DNA of 42,089 bases, taken from contig RGNC01000001.1 in assembly GCA_010029175.1 (NCBI GenBank), forward strand, positions 1 to 42,089, given 5' to 3'. The stretch is from Synechococcaceae bacterium WB8_1B_136. Lineage in GTDB: Bacteria > Cyanobacteriota > Cyanobacteriia > PCC-6307 > Cyanobiaceae. Both the position numbers and the translations under genes were made by a program. The notes beneath the pieces are model-generated. The model saw nothing but the letters and a program-made list of their open reading frames with translations. It did no database searches and was not told where the DNA came from. Below, in pieces: positions 1 through 9,852 of this stretch. Numbering within the stretch: the stretch's first letter is position 1; every line of letters begins with the position of its first letter.

Positions 1-230
1 AGCCCGGTGCCGTGGCGATCGACGGCGACACCGCCTTCGTGGAGTGGGAGATGGGCCTGAAGATCAAGGGGATCGAGTTCATCTATCCCGGCGCCTCTCG
101 GCTGCGCTTCAACAGCGAGGGCCGCATCGCCGACCATCGCGACTACTTCGATTTCGTAGGGCCCACCTTTGGCCCTGTGCCCCTGGTGGGAGGATTCGTG
201 CGCTGGCTCTACGGCCGTTTTGTGGACTGA
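1..230 (+). CDS. NTF2/SnoaL-like family protein, 5'-truncated by window edge
   Basis: Frame open from the window start; C-terminal pattern AFVEWEM...GASRLRFNSEGRIADHRDYFD typical of SnoaL-like folds; stop at 228-230. Confidence 0.75.
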   Translation, partial: PGAVAIDGDTAFVEWEMGLKIKGIEFIYPGASRLRFNSEGRIADHRDYFDFVGPTFGPVPLVGGFVRWLYGRFVD

Positions 231-287
231 ACCGGCCTGACGGCGGGCCGTGCCGTTGCTACCAGCTAGGAGAGTCGCCGCCCTGCC

Positions 288-878
288 ATGCCCCTTGCCA
301 CCGGAGCGCGCCTGCTGCTGCCGGTGCGGCAGTACTACGTGCAGACCGACAGCCGTGTGCCCGGCCAGGCGCCCCGCATGTGCTTCTCCTCCACCTGTGC
401 CATGGCGGTGAAGTATCTGCAGCCGGCCGCTCTGCGCGGCCCCAACGCCGACGACACCTATCTCCACACCGTGAGCCGTTACGGCGACACCACCTCCCCC
501 CAGGCCCAGATCAGCGCCTGCGCGGACTACGGCGTGCTGGCCCGCTTCAGCACAAGCGGTGATCGCGCCCTGCTGGAGCGCGAGCTGCGCAGCGGCTATC
601 CCCTGGCCACCGGCTTTCTGCACCACGGCCCCTCATCCGCGCCCCGCGGCGGCGGCCACTGGATCCTCAGCGTGGGGCTCACCCCTGGCTTCGGCCTGTT
701 CAATGATCCCTACGGCGAGCTCGACACCATCAACGGCGGCTACGTGCGCATCGGCTCCGGCGGCCAGGGCGTGGCCTACAGCTGGCGCCACTGGTTGCCG
801 CGCTGGGAGGTGGAGGGGCCGGGCAGCGGCTGGTGCATGAGTTTCCGCCGCGCCGATGCTCAGGACGAGCAGCTGTAG
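288..878 (+). CDS. C39-like (papain-fold) cysteine peptidase of the type seen in cyanobacteria and their phages
   Basis: YVQTD (oxyanion Gln), MCFSSTCAM (Cys), GGGHW (His), NDPYG (Asp); AGGAG upstream; 19-bp convergent overlap with selO. Confidence 0.75.
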   Translation: MPLATGARLLLPVRQYYVQTDSRVPGQAPRMCFSSTCAMAVKYLQPAALRGPNADDTYLHTVSRYGDTTSPQAQISACADYGVLARFSTSGDRALLERELRSGYPLATGFLHHGPSSAPRGGGHWILSVGLTPGFGLFNDPYGELDTINGGYVRIGSGGQGVAYSWRHWLPRWEVEGPGSGWCMSFRRADAQDEQL

Positions 879-2518
879 TGGGACACCCCCCCGGCGTTGA
901 AGAACTCCCGGGGCTTGAGGCGGTCGTACCGGGCCGCCAGCTCCGCCGGTGGTGTCTCGTAGGGATGGCGGAACACCTCCTGCAGCTCCTGGATCAGGCT
1001 GAGGTCGCCTTCAGCAGCTCTCTGATAGGCCGGTGCCACCAGCCACTCGCGCCAGGTGATGGCGGGGTTCACCCGTTGCATCGCTGCGGATGGGGCGGTG
1101 CGGGCGGTCCGCCAGCGTTGCAGCCAGCCGTGCCAACGGGCATCCAGCTCCGCAGTGCTGGGTTGATAGAAGCTCTCCTGGAGCGGGGCGAGGTCGTCCG
1201 GAATGGTCGAGAGCCTGCGGAAGAAGATCGTGAAATCGGCCCTGGAGGCGAGCAGCAGCCCCAGCAGCTCGTTCACCAGGGCGGCGTCGTAGCTGCTCAG
1301 GCCGAGCTTGCTGGCCCACATCGCTTCAAGGGCGTTCTGCATCGCTTCGGCGAAGCCCTCACGGATCTGATCCAGCCGCGCCAGGGCTTCCGGGTGATCG
1401 GTGAGCAGCGGTCGCAGGGCGGTCCAGAACATCTGGTAGTTGGCCTCGGCCGCCGCCGGCTGGTTGAAAAAGGAGAAGTGCTCGCCGCCACCGGTCCACG
1501 GCTGGAAGCGGGGATCGAACAGCTCGCAGAAGCCGAAGGGGCCGTAGTCGAGCGTGAAGCCACCGGCGGCGCAGTTGTCGCTGTTGAAGTTGCCCTGGCA
1601 GTAGCCCACCCTGATCCAGTGGGCCACCAGGTGGGTGAGCCGCCCGCGGAACAGCCGCGCCAACTCCAGCACCTGCTCGCTGAACGCAAGGCTCGGATCA
1701 ATCTCCAGGCGGTAGTTGCGCTCGATCAGGTGGGCCACGATCATCCGCAGTTCCTCCCGCGCCCCCGGATGGGCCTCCCGGCGCACGCGGCGGGCAAACA
1801 GCTCCAGCTGCCCCACCCGCAGGAACGAGGGCGCCACCCGTGTGCTGATCGCCACCGGGTTGTCCACCAGGATGTCTGGATCGAACGACTGGGAGTTCGG
1901 TGAATACCAGGGCCGGCGCACGGTTTCCGCGCGCGACGCAAACAGCGTCAACGACCGGGACGTGGGCACCCCCAGCGCATGCATCAACTCCTGGGCCAGA
2001 AATTCGCGCACGCTGGAGCGCAGCACCGCCCGCCCATCCGCGCCGCGGCAGTAGGGCGTGGGGCCACCGCCCTTGAGTTGCAGCTCCCAGCGCTGGCCGT
2101 GGAACAGGCCTTCAAAAACGGAGATGGCCCGGCCATCGCCGTAGCCGTTGCCGGTGCCGAAGGGGCACTGTTGGATGTATTCCGTGCCGTAGATCGAGAG
2201 GGCATAGCCGGTGGACCAGCCGTAGGGGCGCATCGGCTCCCGGGCCACGCTGATGTCGCCGGAGAACAGGCGGCGGAACTGCTCATTGTGGGCGAGGGCC
2301 TCACTCAGGCCCAGTTCCTGGAACAGGCTGCGGCTGTGGGCCACGTACTGCGCGGCCGGCAGCGGTGTGGGCGTCACCGGCACGTAGTGGCCGGAGAACA
2401 CCTGGCGGGGCCGGTGATCCTGGCCATCGGCTGTCGCCTCGGGGTCTGGCCGCAGCGAATCCAGCAGCGAGTAGTCGGCCCGTTGGGCGAAGTCGGCGAA
2501 GGATGTGATGGCGGGCAT
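860..2518 (-). CDS. selO: Protein adenylyltransferase SelO (YdiU/UPF0061)
   Basis: [48 protein letters not shown]-terminal SCSS. Confidence 0.93.
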   Translation of the reverse strand: MPAITSFADFAQRADYSLLDSLRPDPEATADGQDHRPRQVFSGHYVPVTPTPLPAAQYVAHSRSLFQELGLSEALAHNEQFRRLFSGDISVAREPMRPYGWSTGYALSIYGTEYIQQCPFGTGNGYGDGRAISVFEGLFHGQRWELQLKGGGPTPYCRGADGRAVLRSSVREFLAQELMHALGVPTSRSLTLFASRAETVRRPWYSPNSQSFDPDILVDNPVAISTRVAPSFLRVGQLELFARRVRREAHPGAREELRMIVAHLIERNYRLEIDPSLAFSEQVLELARLFRGRLTHLVAHWIRVGYCQGNFNSDNCAAGGFTLDYGPFGFCELFDPRFQPWTGGGEHFSFFNQPAAAEANYQMFWTALRPLLTDHPEALARLDQIREGFAEAMQNALEAMWASKLGLSSYDAALVNELLGLLLASRADFTIFFRRLSTIPDDLAPLQESFYQPSTAELDARWHGWLQRWRTARTAPSAAMQRVNPAITWREWLVAPAYQRAAEGDLSLIQELQEVFRHPYETPPAELAARYDRLKPREFFNAGGVSHYSCSS

Positions 2519-2526
2519 GGCGCTCC

Positions 2527-3090
2527 TCAGGTCTGCACCTGCAGCTGTCGCAGTTGCGCCAGCACCTCCTGGCTGTGGCCGCTCGGGCGCACGGCGGTCC
2601 AGCGGGCCCGCAGGATGCCGTTGGGGTCGATCAGGAAGGTGTGGCGCTGGGAGAAGGGTGCGATCCAGCTGCCGTAGGCCTTGCTCACCCGGCCGCCGGG
2701 ATCGGAGAGCAGCGGGAAGGCCAGGGCCTCGCTGCCGCAGAAGCGGCTGTGGGAGTCGGCGTCGTCGGCGCTGATGCCCACCACGGCGGCACCGGCTTGG
2801 CGGAAGGCTTCGAGATCCCGCTGGAAACCGCGCGCTTCAAGGGTGCAGCCCTCCGTGAAATCGCGCGGATAGAAATAGAGCACCAACCACTGGCCGGCGA
2901 AGTCGGACAGGCCAAGGGTGGCCTCGATCGCCTCACCGCTGGCATCGGGAGCCACGCCGCCAAGGCTGAAGTCCGGAGCCGCCTGATCCAGCTCCGGCAA
3001 GGTGCCGCCAATGGCAAGGGCCTGCGGCGGAAGCGCCAGCAGGCCCAGGGTGGTGATGCCGAGGCCGCGCAGCAGCTGGCGTCGGTTCAT
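2527..3090 (-). CDS. bcp: Peroxiredoxin Q/BCP with twin-arginine (Tat) signal peptide
   Basis: ATG at 3090; MNRRQLL plus hydrophobic stretch and ALA; [15 protein letters not shown] peroxidatic motif; the ORF-track extension to 3540 is spurious (overlaps rpmB). Confidence 0.9.
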   Translation of the reverse strand: MNRRQLLRGLGITTLGLLALPPQALAIGGTLPELDQAAPDFSLGGVAPDASGEAIEATLGLSDFAGQWLVLYFYPRDFTEGCTLEARGFQRDLEAFRQAGAAVVGISADDADSHSRFCGSEALAFPLLSDPGGRVSKAYGSWIAPFSQRHTFLIDPNGILRARWTAVRPSGHSQEVLAQLRQLQVQT

Positions 3091-3113
3091 GGCTGATAGG
3101 CGCGGAGTGCGCT

Positions 3114-3350
3114 TCAGATCCTGGCCAGGTTGATGCCGAGTTCCTTGGCGTAGGCACCCAGACCCTTCTTCTGGATCGTCTTGAGGGCGCGGGTGGACAC
3201 GCGCAGCTTCACGAAGCGGTTGCCCTCGGCCCACCACAGCCGGCGCTCCTGCAGGTTCACCTGCTGCAGCTTCTTGGTGCGCACGTGGGAGTGCGAGACG
3301 GCCATGCCGTTGTTGGCGCGCTTGCCGGTGAGCTGGCAGACCCGGGACAT
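3114..3350 (-). CDS. rpmB: 50S ribosomal protein L28
   Basis: [34 protein letters not shown]..., 78 aa from ATG at 3350. Confidence 0.97.
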   Translation of the reverse strand: MSRVCQLTGKRANNGMAVSHSHVRTKKLQQVNLQERRLWWAEGNRFVKLRVSTRALKTIQKKGLGAYAKELGINLARI

Positions 3351-3394
3351 GACCTTCAACCAAACGAAACAGCGTGGCCATAAGCCACTGGCGG

Positions 3395-3403
3395 ATCGTA
3401 TCA
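3395..3403 (-). promoter_or_regulatory. Putative extended -10 promoter (TGnTACGAT) of rpmB
   Basis: Minus strand TGATACGATC about 45 nt upstream of the rpmB ATG, followed by a GTGGC-TTATG-GCCAC leader hairpin (3374-3388). Confidence 0.5.
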
Positions 3404-3483
3404 AACAGGGGATCCCCCACCGGCAAAGCCGGGAACCCTTGCAGCAGGGCTTCGCCCTGTTCCCCTCTGCCTAGCGTTGTGCC

Positions 3484-3864
3484 ATGGGCCTCATCCGCGC
3501 CAGCGTCACCCTGCTGAATCCCACCGAACCGGGCCTGCACGGCCTGGAGGTGTCGGCCCTGGCCGATTCAGTTGCTGTGCACCTCTGCATCCCCGAGCAT
3601 CTGGCTCTGCAGCTGCAGCTGCGGGAACTGGAGCGCCGCGAGGTGGTGCTGGCCGATGGCCACCGCCGCTCCGTTCCCTACATGGGCCCGGTGGAGGTGC
3701 GCTTTGCCAACCGCCGCTGCTTCACCGGCGCGATGGTGCTGGGCGATGAGGTGCTGCTCGGTGCCATCCCGATGGAGGACATGGACCTGGTGCTGCAACC
3801 GCAGCTCCAGCAGCTCACCGTGAACCCCGCCAGCCCGAACCTTCCCACCAGCCTCGCCAAATGA
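3484..3864 (+). CDS. Clan AA (retropepsin-like) aspartic protease-family protein; catalytic D[ST]G reads DSV
   Basis: ALADSVAVHLCIP, VVLADG, LLGAIPMEDMDLVL match the small bacterial single-domain clan-AA family. Confidence 0.75.
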   Translation: MGLIRASVTLLNPTEPGLHGLEVSALADSVAVHLCIPEHLALQLQLRELERREVVLADGHRRSVPYMGPVEVRFANRRCFTGAMVLGDEVLLGAIPMEDMDLVLQPQLQQLTVNPASPNLPTSLAK

Positions 3865-3875
3865 CGAGCCGAGGC

Positions 3876-4859
3876 TCAGGCCAGCCGTTCTCCTGAGGCG
3901 CTGCTGAAGCGCAGTTCGTCATCCGGCTTCCAGGTCACCTGCAGCTGCTCGCCGGGAGTGAGGTCCGCCGCCGCCAGCAGCAGCAGTTCGCCGCGGCTGG
4001 TGTCCAGCCAGAGCAGCTGCTGGCTGCCCTGCCACTCGCGCCGCAGCAATCGCGCCGGCAGCCCGCCGCTCTCCACCAGGCGCAGCTGTTCGGGGCGAAT
4101 GGCCAGTTGCACGCCGGCTTCGCCGGCCAGCAGGTTGATGCCGGGGCGGCCGAGGAAGCGGGCCACGAACAGGTTGGCGGGGCGGTGATACAGCTCCTGG
4201 GGGGTGCCCACCTGCTGCAGCACACCGCCCTCGAGCACGGCGATGCGATCGGCCAGACCCATGGCCTCCTGCTGGTCGTGGGTCACGTGGATCACCGGGT
4301 GGCCGGCGCGGTGCAGCAGGGCGCGCAGCTCCGGCCGCAGCTGATCGCGCAGCTGGGCATCGAGATTGCTCATCGGCTCATCCAGCAGCATCAGCCGCGG
4401 CTGCCGCAGCAGGGCCCGCGCAAGGGCCACCCGCTGGCGCTGGCCGCCCGAGAGCTGGGCCGGCCGGCGCCGCTCCAGGCCCTCCAGCTGCAGCAACGCC
4501 AGCACCTCGGCGATCCGCCGCCGCCGTTCCGGCGCCGGCACGCGCCGCACCTCCAGCCCCAGCTCCAGGTTGGCCAGCACGCTCAGGTGCGGATAGAGGG
4601 CATAGCTCTGGAACACCATCGCCACCTGCCGCTCACCCGCCGGGCTGTGGGTCACGTCCTCCCCGTCCAGCCGGATGCGGCCGCCGCTCACCGGATCGAG
4701 CCCCGCCAGCAGCCGCAGGGTGGTGGTCTTGCCGCAGCCACTCGGGCCCAGCAGCGCCAGGCTTTCGCCCGGCGCCACCGACAGGCTGAGCCCATCCAGC
4801 AGCAGGCGATCGCCGACGCGGCGGCTCAGCTGTTCGCAGTGCAGTCCGGCTGTGGTCAT
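3876..4859 (-). CDS. Carbohydrate ABC transporter ATP-binding subunit (MalK/GgtA-like)
   Basis: Walker [39 protein letters not shown]. Confidence 0.93.
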   Translation of the reverse strand: MTTAGLHCEQLSRRVGDRLLLDGLSLSVAPGESLALLGPSGCGKTTTLRLLAGLDPVSGGRIRLDGEDVTHSPAGERQVAMVFQSYALYPHLSVLANLELGLEVRRVPAPERRRRIAEVLALLQLEGLERRRPAQLSGGQRQRVALARALLRQPRLMLLDEPMSNLDAQLRDQLRPELRALLHRAGHPVIHVTHDQQEAMGLADRIAVLEGGVLQQVGTPQELYHRPANLFVARFLGRPGINLLAGEAGVQLAIRPEQLRLVESGGLPARLLRREWQGSQQLLWLDTSRGELLLLAAADLTPGEQLQVTWKPDDELRFSSASGERLA

Positions 4860-5695
4860 CCCTTCACCGCCCCCTGGGTGAGGCCGCTCACGATCTGGCG
4901 CTGGAACACGAGCACCAGGGCCAGCAGCGGCAGTCCGCCGAGCACCGTGGCCGCCGCAAACGCCCCGTAGGGCACCGCATACACCGAGGAGCCAGCGATG
5001 CGGGCCATGGCCACCGGCAGGGTGAGCAGGTCATTGCGGCTGATCCAGGTGAGGGCGATCGGGTACTCGTTCCAGCTGAACAGGAACACCAGGATCGCCG
5101 TGCTGGCGATGGCCGGCGCCAGCAGGGGCAGCAGCACCCGGTGCAGCCGCTGCCAGAGGTTGAGGCCCTCCAGCCGCGCGGCATCCTCCAGTTCAGCCGG
5201 GAGATCGGCAAACGCCGCCCGCAACAGCAGCACTGCCAGCGGCAGCGACAGGCCCGCATAGGGCAGGGCCAGCGCCAGCAGCTGGTTGCCCCAGCTCAGG
5301 GCCCGTGCCAGCTCCAGCAGGGCCAGGAACAACAGCACGTAGGGAAACATCGCCGCGGCCAGCAGCAGCAGGCTGATGCCACCCCGCAGGGCCGGGCGCT
5401 GCCGCTGCAGCCCATAGGCGGCCGGGATGGCCAACAGCAGCGTCAGCCCCGTGCTGGCGGCCCCCACCAGGCAACTGTTGAACAGATAGCGCCAGAAGGG
5501 CGGATCCCCCTGCAGCACCTGGCGGTAGTTGGCGAGGGTCCAGCCCTGCAGCCAGGCCGATGGCCCCTGCAGCACCAGCGCCTCCGGCGTGCGCAGGGAG
5601 GTGAGCAGCTGCCAGAGCAGGGGCAGCAGGCTCCAGGTGAGGGCCGCCAGCAGCGGCAGGGCGGTGGGCATGGCGCCTCGGGCGGCTGATCTCAT
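4856..5695 (-). CDS. Carbohydrate ABC transporter permease (MalG-like)
   Basis: ATG at 5695 overlaps the upstream stop (ATGA); EAA loop LEDAARLEG; FLFSWNEY; [10 protein letters not shown] terminus. Confidence 0.9.
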   Translation of the reverse strand: MRSAARGAMPTALPLLAALTWSLLPLLWQLLTSLRTPEALVLQGPSAWLQGWTLANYRQVLQGDPPFWRYLFNSCLVGAASTGLTLLLAIPAAYGLQRQRPALRGGISLLLLAAAMFPYVLLFLALLELARALSWGNQLLALALPYAGLSLPLAVLLLRAAFADLPAELEDAARLEGLNLWQRLHRVLLPLLAPAIASTAILVFLFSWNEYPIALTWISRNDLLTLPVAMARIAGSSVYAVPYGAFAAATVLGGLPLLALVLVFQRQIVSGLTQGAVKG

Positions 5696-6558
5696 GGCGC
5701 CATCTCCGCCAGGCGGCGGCGCAGGGCCTGCGCCAAGAGCACCAGGGCGCTGAGGCCCAGCACCACCGCGAACATGCCCAGCATCAAGGTGGCCGCGTAG
5801 CCGAAATCGAGGAAGCGCATCGCGTTCAGGTAGGCGTAGAGCGCCAGGCTTTCGGTGCTGCTGGCCGGCCCGCTGCCGGTGAGCACCTGGATCAGATCGA
5901 ACACCCCCAGGGCCTGGGCCAGGCGGAACAGGGCCGCCAGCAGCAGGTAGGGCGCCAGCAGGGGCAGGGTGAGCCGGCGCAGCCGTTGCCAGGGGCCGGC
6001 CCCCTCCAGCCGGAGCGCCTCCTCCAGCTCGCTGGGGATCGCCTGCAGACCCGCCAGCAGCAGCAACGCCACGAACGGCGTGGTTTTCCACACGTCCGCC
6101 AGCACCGTGAACAGCCAAGTGGTGGCGGGCTGTGAGAGGAACCCGTATGCCGGCAGGCCGAGGCTCTGCAGCAGGCCGTTCAGCGGCCCGAAGGGATCGT
6201 TGAGGATCCAGCGCCAGCCCAGGGCCATCACCGTGGTGGGCAGCGCCCAGGGCAGCAGCACCACGGCGCGCACCAGGCCGCGCCGCGGTAGGGGCCGGTG
6301 CAGCAGCAGCGCCAGGGCCAGTCCCAGCAGCAGTTCCAGCGCCAGAGAGAGGCCGGCAAAACGCAGGGTCTGGGCGGCGTCCTGCCAGAAGCGCCCATCG
6401 GCCAGCAGCCGCTGCCAGTTGGCGCCGCCGTTGGGCACCGGCACCAGCCCCGTGAGCACCGAGCTGGCCTGCAGGCTCAGCCAGCCGTAGCGCAGCAGCG
6501 GCCAGAGGAACACGCCCGCCACCAGGGCCAGGGCCGGAAGCAGCAGCAGGATCGCCAT
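5692..6558 (-). CDS. Carbohydrate ABC transporter permease (MalF-like)
   Basis: LLPWALP, DVWKTTPF, LAGLQAIP, EEALRLEGA; multiple hydrophobic segments. Confidence 0.92.
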   Translation of the reverse strand: MAILLLLPALALVAGVFLWPLLRYGWLSLQASSVLTGLVPVPNGGANWQRLLADGRFWQDAAQTLRFAGLSLALELLLGLALALLLHRPLPRRGLVRAVVLLPWALPTTVMALGWRWILNDPFGPLNGLLQSLGLPAYGFLSQPATTWLFTVLADVWKTTPFVALLLLAGLQAIPSELEEALRLEGAGPWQRLRRLTLPLLAPYLLLAALFRLAQALGVFDLIQVLTGSGPASSTESLALYAYLNAMRFLDFGYAATLMLGMFAVVLGLSALVLLAQALRRRLAEMAP

Positions 6559-6559
6559 C

Positions 6560-7840
6560 TCAGGCCCCCGGAGCGGCAGCCCGCAGCAGCAGCGTGCTCT
6601 GGCGCTGGGCCTCGGCCATGGCAGCCTCCGCGCTGCCGGAGCCGCTGATCAAGCCCGAGAGCTGGCGCTGCAGCACATCGCTCAGCTGGGCATAGAGCGG
6701 CGTCAGTGGCCGCAGGGCCGTGCACTCCAGGGCCTGGCGCAGCACCGGCAGCAGTGGCAACTGCTCCTGCAGCTGGGGATCGTCGAGCAGCGACTGCCAC
6801 ACCGGGGTGTAGCCGAAGCGCACCGCCAGATCCCTGCTGGTGGCTTCGCTGGTGAACCAGCGCATCACCGCCGCCGCCTGTTGAGGATGCGCGCTGCCCT
6901 TCAGCAGCGAGAAGCCCCAGCTGCCCTGGGTGCCGTTGCCCAGGCTCACCACCCCCACCCGGCCGGCCACGACACTGCCAGGCTTCTGCAGTTCAGCCCA
7001 GGCATAGGGCCAGTTGCGCATGAACGCTGCCTGCCCAGCGCCGAAGATCTGCAACGATTCCGACTCCGAGATGTTCGCCACCGCATCGGGCGTGACACCG
7101 CTGCGCACCAGCCCCCCCAACCAGCCAGCCGCCGCGATTGCCTCCGGACTGTCGAGGTCGGACTGGCGATCGTCTCCGAGGCGGAGCCAATGGCCACCGA
7201 AATCGCGCAGCACCTCCAGGAACACACAGCTCAGGCCCTCGTATTGGCGCCCCTGCCACACGTAGCCCCAGGGCACCACACCACGGCGCTGCAGATCCGC
7301 CGCCGTGGCGGCCAGCTCCTGCAGGGATTTGGGCGGCGCGTCCATCAGATCCGTTCGCCAGTAGAGCAGGCCCATGTCCGCCAGCAGCGGCAGCCGCCAG
7401 AGGTGGCCGCCGAACGTATTGCCAAGCTGGGCGCCGGGTGCCATGCCCGCCAGGGCGTTGTCGCCCAGCAGGGGCTCCAGCGGCTCCAGCCAGCCGGCGG
7501 CGGCGTATTTGGGCGTCCAGGTGACGTCCATCAGCAGCAGGTCGTAGGGGGTGTCCCCCAGCAGCAGGCTGCTGATCGCCAGATCCGAGAGGGCCTCGGT
7601 GTCCAGCGGGCCACGGGTCACGGCGATCTGCAGTTCGCGGTGTTCGCGGTTGAAGGCCGCCACCAGGGGTGCCGTGGCATCGGCGAACGGCGCCGGCATC
7701 AGCACCGACACCTCCACCGGCCGAGGCCAGGCCCATACGACCAGACCCACGGCAGCCCAGAGCAGCAGGGCCAGTGCGCCGGGGGCCAATAGCCCTCGCA
7801 GGCGGGGGCGTTGGATCAGGAGCCGAGGGCGAGCCGGCAA
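6560..7840 (-). CDS. Carbohydrate ABC transporter substrate-binding protein (trehalose/sucrose/glucosylglycerol-type); start uncertain
   Basis: N-terminal hydrophobic anchor, DVTWTPKYAAAGWL, LYWRTDL, QGRQYEGL, FMRNWPYAW. Confidence 0.88.
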   Translation of the reverse strand: MPARPRLLIQRPRLRGLLAPGALALLLWAAVGLVVWAWPRPVEVSVLMPAPFADATAPLVAAFNREHRELQIAVTRGPLDTEALSDLAISSLLLGDTPYDLLLMDVTWTPKYAAAGWLEPLEPLLGDNALAGMAPGAQLGNTFGGHLWRLPLLADMGLLYWRTDLMDAPPKSLQELAATAADLQRRGVVPWGYVWQGRQYEGLSCVFLEVLRDFGGHWLRLGDDRQSDLDSPEAIAAAGWLGGLVRSGVTPDAVANISESESLQIFGAGQAAFMRNWPYAWAELQKPGSVVAGRVGVVSLGNGTQGSWGFSLLKGSAHPQQAAAVMRWFTSEATSRDLAVRFGYTPVWQSLLDDPQLQEQLPLLPVLRQALECTALRPLTPLYAQLSDVLQRQLSGLISGSGSAEAAMAEAQRQSTLLLRAAAPGA

Positions 7841-7844
7841 GCGA

Positions 7845-9727
7845 TCAGAGGCTGCGCTCCATCAGCTTGCCCATCAGATCGCCACTGCGCTGCTGGAACC
7901 CGGCCAGCTGGTTGGGGTCCAGGCCACCCACCGCCAGCCGGGCCATTTCGTACACATGACGGGTGAGGTCCTCCGCCAGCTGCTGGCTGGGGGAGGCGCC
8001 ACCACCGGCGCCGGTGATCACGGAGCCGGCCGAGAGCTTGAGCAGACCCTCCACCAGCGGGTGCTTGCGGTTCACCAGCAGCACGTGGTGATCGGGCAGG
8101 CCCGGCAGGCGCTGCTCCATCAGGGCGCCCATGTCGTTGATGCGGCGCATCTGCTCCGGCAGCAGGATCAGGGCGGCGGGGGCGTTGTCACCCTTCAGGG
8201 CCTGCACCTGAATGGTCACCTTGTCGTTGGCCAGGGCGCCCTTGAACAGCTCGCGCAGCTTCTCGGAGCTGTCCTTGCCGTCGGCATCGGCCAGTTCGCT
8301 CTCTTTCTCCTGCAGCGAATCGTCGAGTTCGCTGTCCACCCGCTGGAACTTCAGCTCCTCGTGGCGGTATTCCAGCCAGGGGATGAACTGGGTGTCGATG
8401 AAGGTGTCGGCCAGCAGCACCTCAGCCCCCTGGCCCTTCCACAACGCCAGCGGCCCGGCCTGGCCCGCCTCATCGGTGCAGTAGAGGATGCGCTTGTCGT
8501 TGTCGCTGCTCAGGCGTGAGCGGTAGCCGGCCAGGGTGGTGAAGGCCTTGCCGTTTTCAGCGGGGATCGGATCAAGACTCTGCCCTTCGGCGGGTTCGCC
8601 CTCCATGGCGGCCGCAGTGGTGCCGAACAGCACCAGATCGGCCACCTGCTCGGCGAACTTGTCGTCCTCCATCGCACCGATCTTGATGAACGGGGCCAGC
8701 GATTCCCAGATCTCCGCGTAGCGCTTGGGCTCATCGCGTTGCAGCTGCTTGAGGCGGTCGGCCACCTTCTTGGCCACGAAACCTCCGATGGAGCGCACCC
8801 GCCGGTCGGTCTGCAGGGCCGAGCGGCTCACGTTCAGGGGGATGTCGGGCGAATCGATCACGCCCCGCAGGGGCAGCAGGTAGCGGGGCACCACCTCCTT
8901 GATCGAGTCGCTCACGAACACGTTGTTGCAGTAGAGCTTGATCTCGCCCTTCTCCCAATCGGCCCGGCCGGTGAATTTGGGGAAGTAGAGGATGCCCTGC
9001 AGGTTGTAGGGATAGTCGGTGTTCAGGTGCACCCAGAGCAGCGGGTCCCCCTGGAAGGGATAGAGGTAGCGGTAGAGCTCGATGTAGTCGTTGTCGCTCA
9101 GATCCCGGGGGCTCTTGCGCCAGGGGGATTCCCGTTTATTCACGGTTTCACCCTCCAGCTGCACCTCCACCGGCAGGAAGTCGCAGTAGGTGGTGATCAG
9201 GGTGCGGATGCGGGCCGGCTCGATGTACTCCAGCTCCTCCTCCATCAGGTGCAGGATCACATCGGTGCCGGGCTCGCTGCCGCCTCGCTGCCCTCACGGG
9301 CGCTCAGGGTCACCAGCTCCACCTGCTTCGCCACCATGAAGCTGGAGTAGAAGCCCAGGCCGAAGTGGCCGATGATCGCGTCGTCCTCGCTCTTGTACTT
9401 CTCCAGGAAGTCTTCGGCGCTGGAGAAGGCCACCTGGTTGATGTAGCGCTTCACCTCATCGGCGGTCATGCCGATGCCGTTGTCGGAGATGGTGAGCGTG
9501 TTGGCTTCGCGATCGATGCGGATGCTGATCCGCCCCTCAGACCCCTCGCTGCAGTCGCCGGCCATGGCCGCCATGCGGCGCTTGCTGATGGCATCCACGC
9601 CGTTGCTCACCAGCTCCCGCAGGAACACCTCGTGGCCGCTGTAGACGGCCTTCTTGATGATCGGGAAGATGTTCTCGGTGTGGATCTGGATCTGACCCTG
9701 CTCGGCCTGCAACACCACAGCGTTCAA
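7845..9727 (-). pseudogene. htpG: Hsp90 chaperone HtpG, split by a frameshift at about 9280 (apparent internal deletion); true pseudogene or assembly error
   Basis: N-part (FLRELVSNGVDA, DNGIGM, IGHFGLGFYS) stops at 9257; C-part continues in another frame (SEPGTDVILHL...DIPLNVSRS) to 7845. Confidence 0.9.
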
Positions 9728-9817
9728 CGCAACGTGGCCCCAGATTCCCCCGAGCCGGGGCGGGCCGCCAAGGGGCCTCCATGGGCAGGAAACCGCCCTC
9801 CGCTGCTGGCCTGCAAC

Positions 9818-9830
9818 GCTCCATAGGATC
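9818..9830 (+). promoter_or_regulatory. GCTCCATAGGATC motif (TAGGAT -10-like) upstream of the DUF3598 gene
   Basis: Same 13-mer occurs upstream of hisZ and coaD. Confidence 0.5.
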
Positions 9831-9852
9831 TGCCCAATGCGCGCCCCATCCC

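Noticed and set aside
860-880. Selenocysteine at the SelO C-terminus (CSS-TGA)
   Set aside because: Bacterial YdiU/SelO normally ends in CSS; no SECIS evidence; the downstream sequence is the overlapping peptidase gene
1085-1115. Possible further small deletions in selO ([12 protein letters not shown]) and the ABC binding protein (VVSLGNGTQGSW, about 6930-6955)
   Set aside because: In frame and in variable loops; cannot be separated from natural variation without alignments
9270-9295. Programmed ribosomal frameshifting in htpG or mtnP
   Set aside because: No slippery heptamer at either junction, and conserved residues are physically missing, so recoding could not restore function
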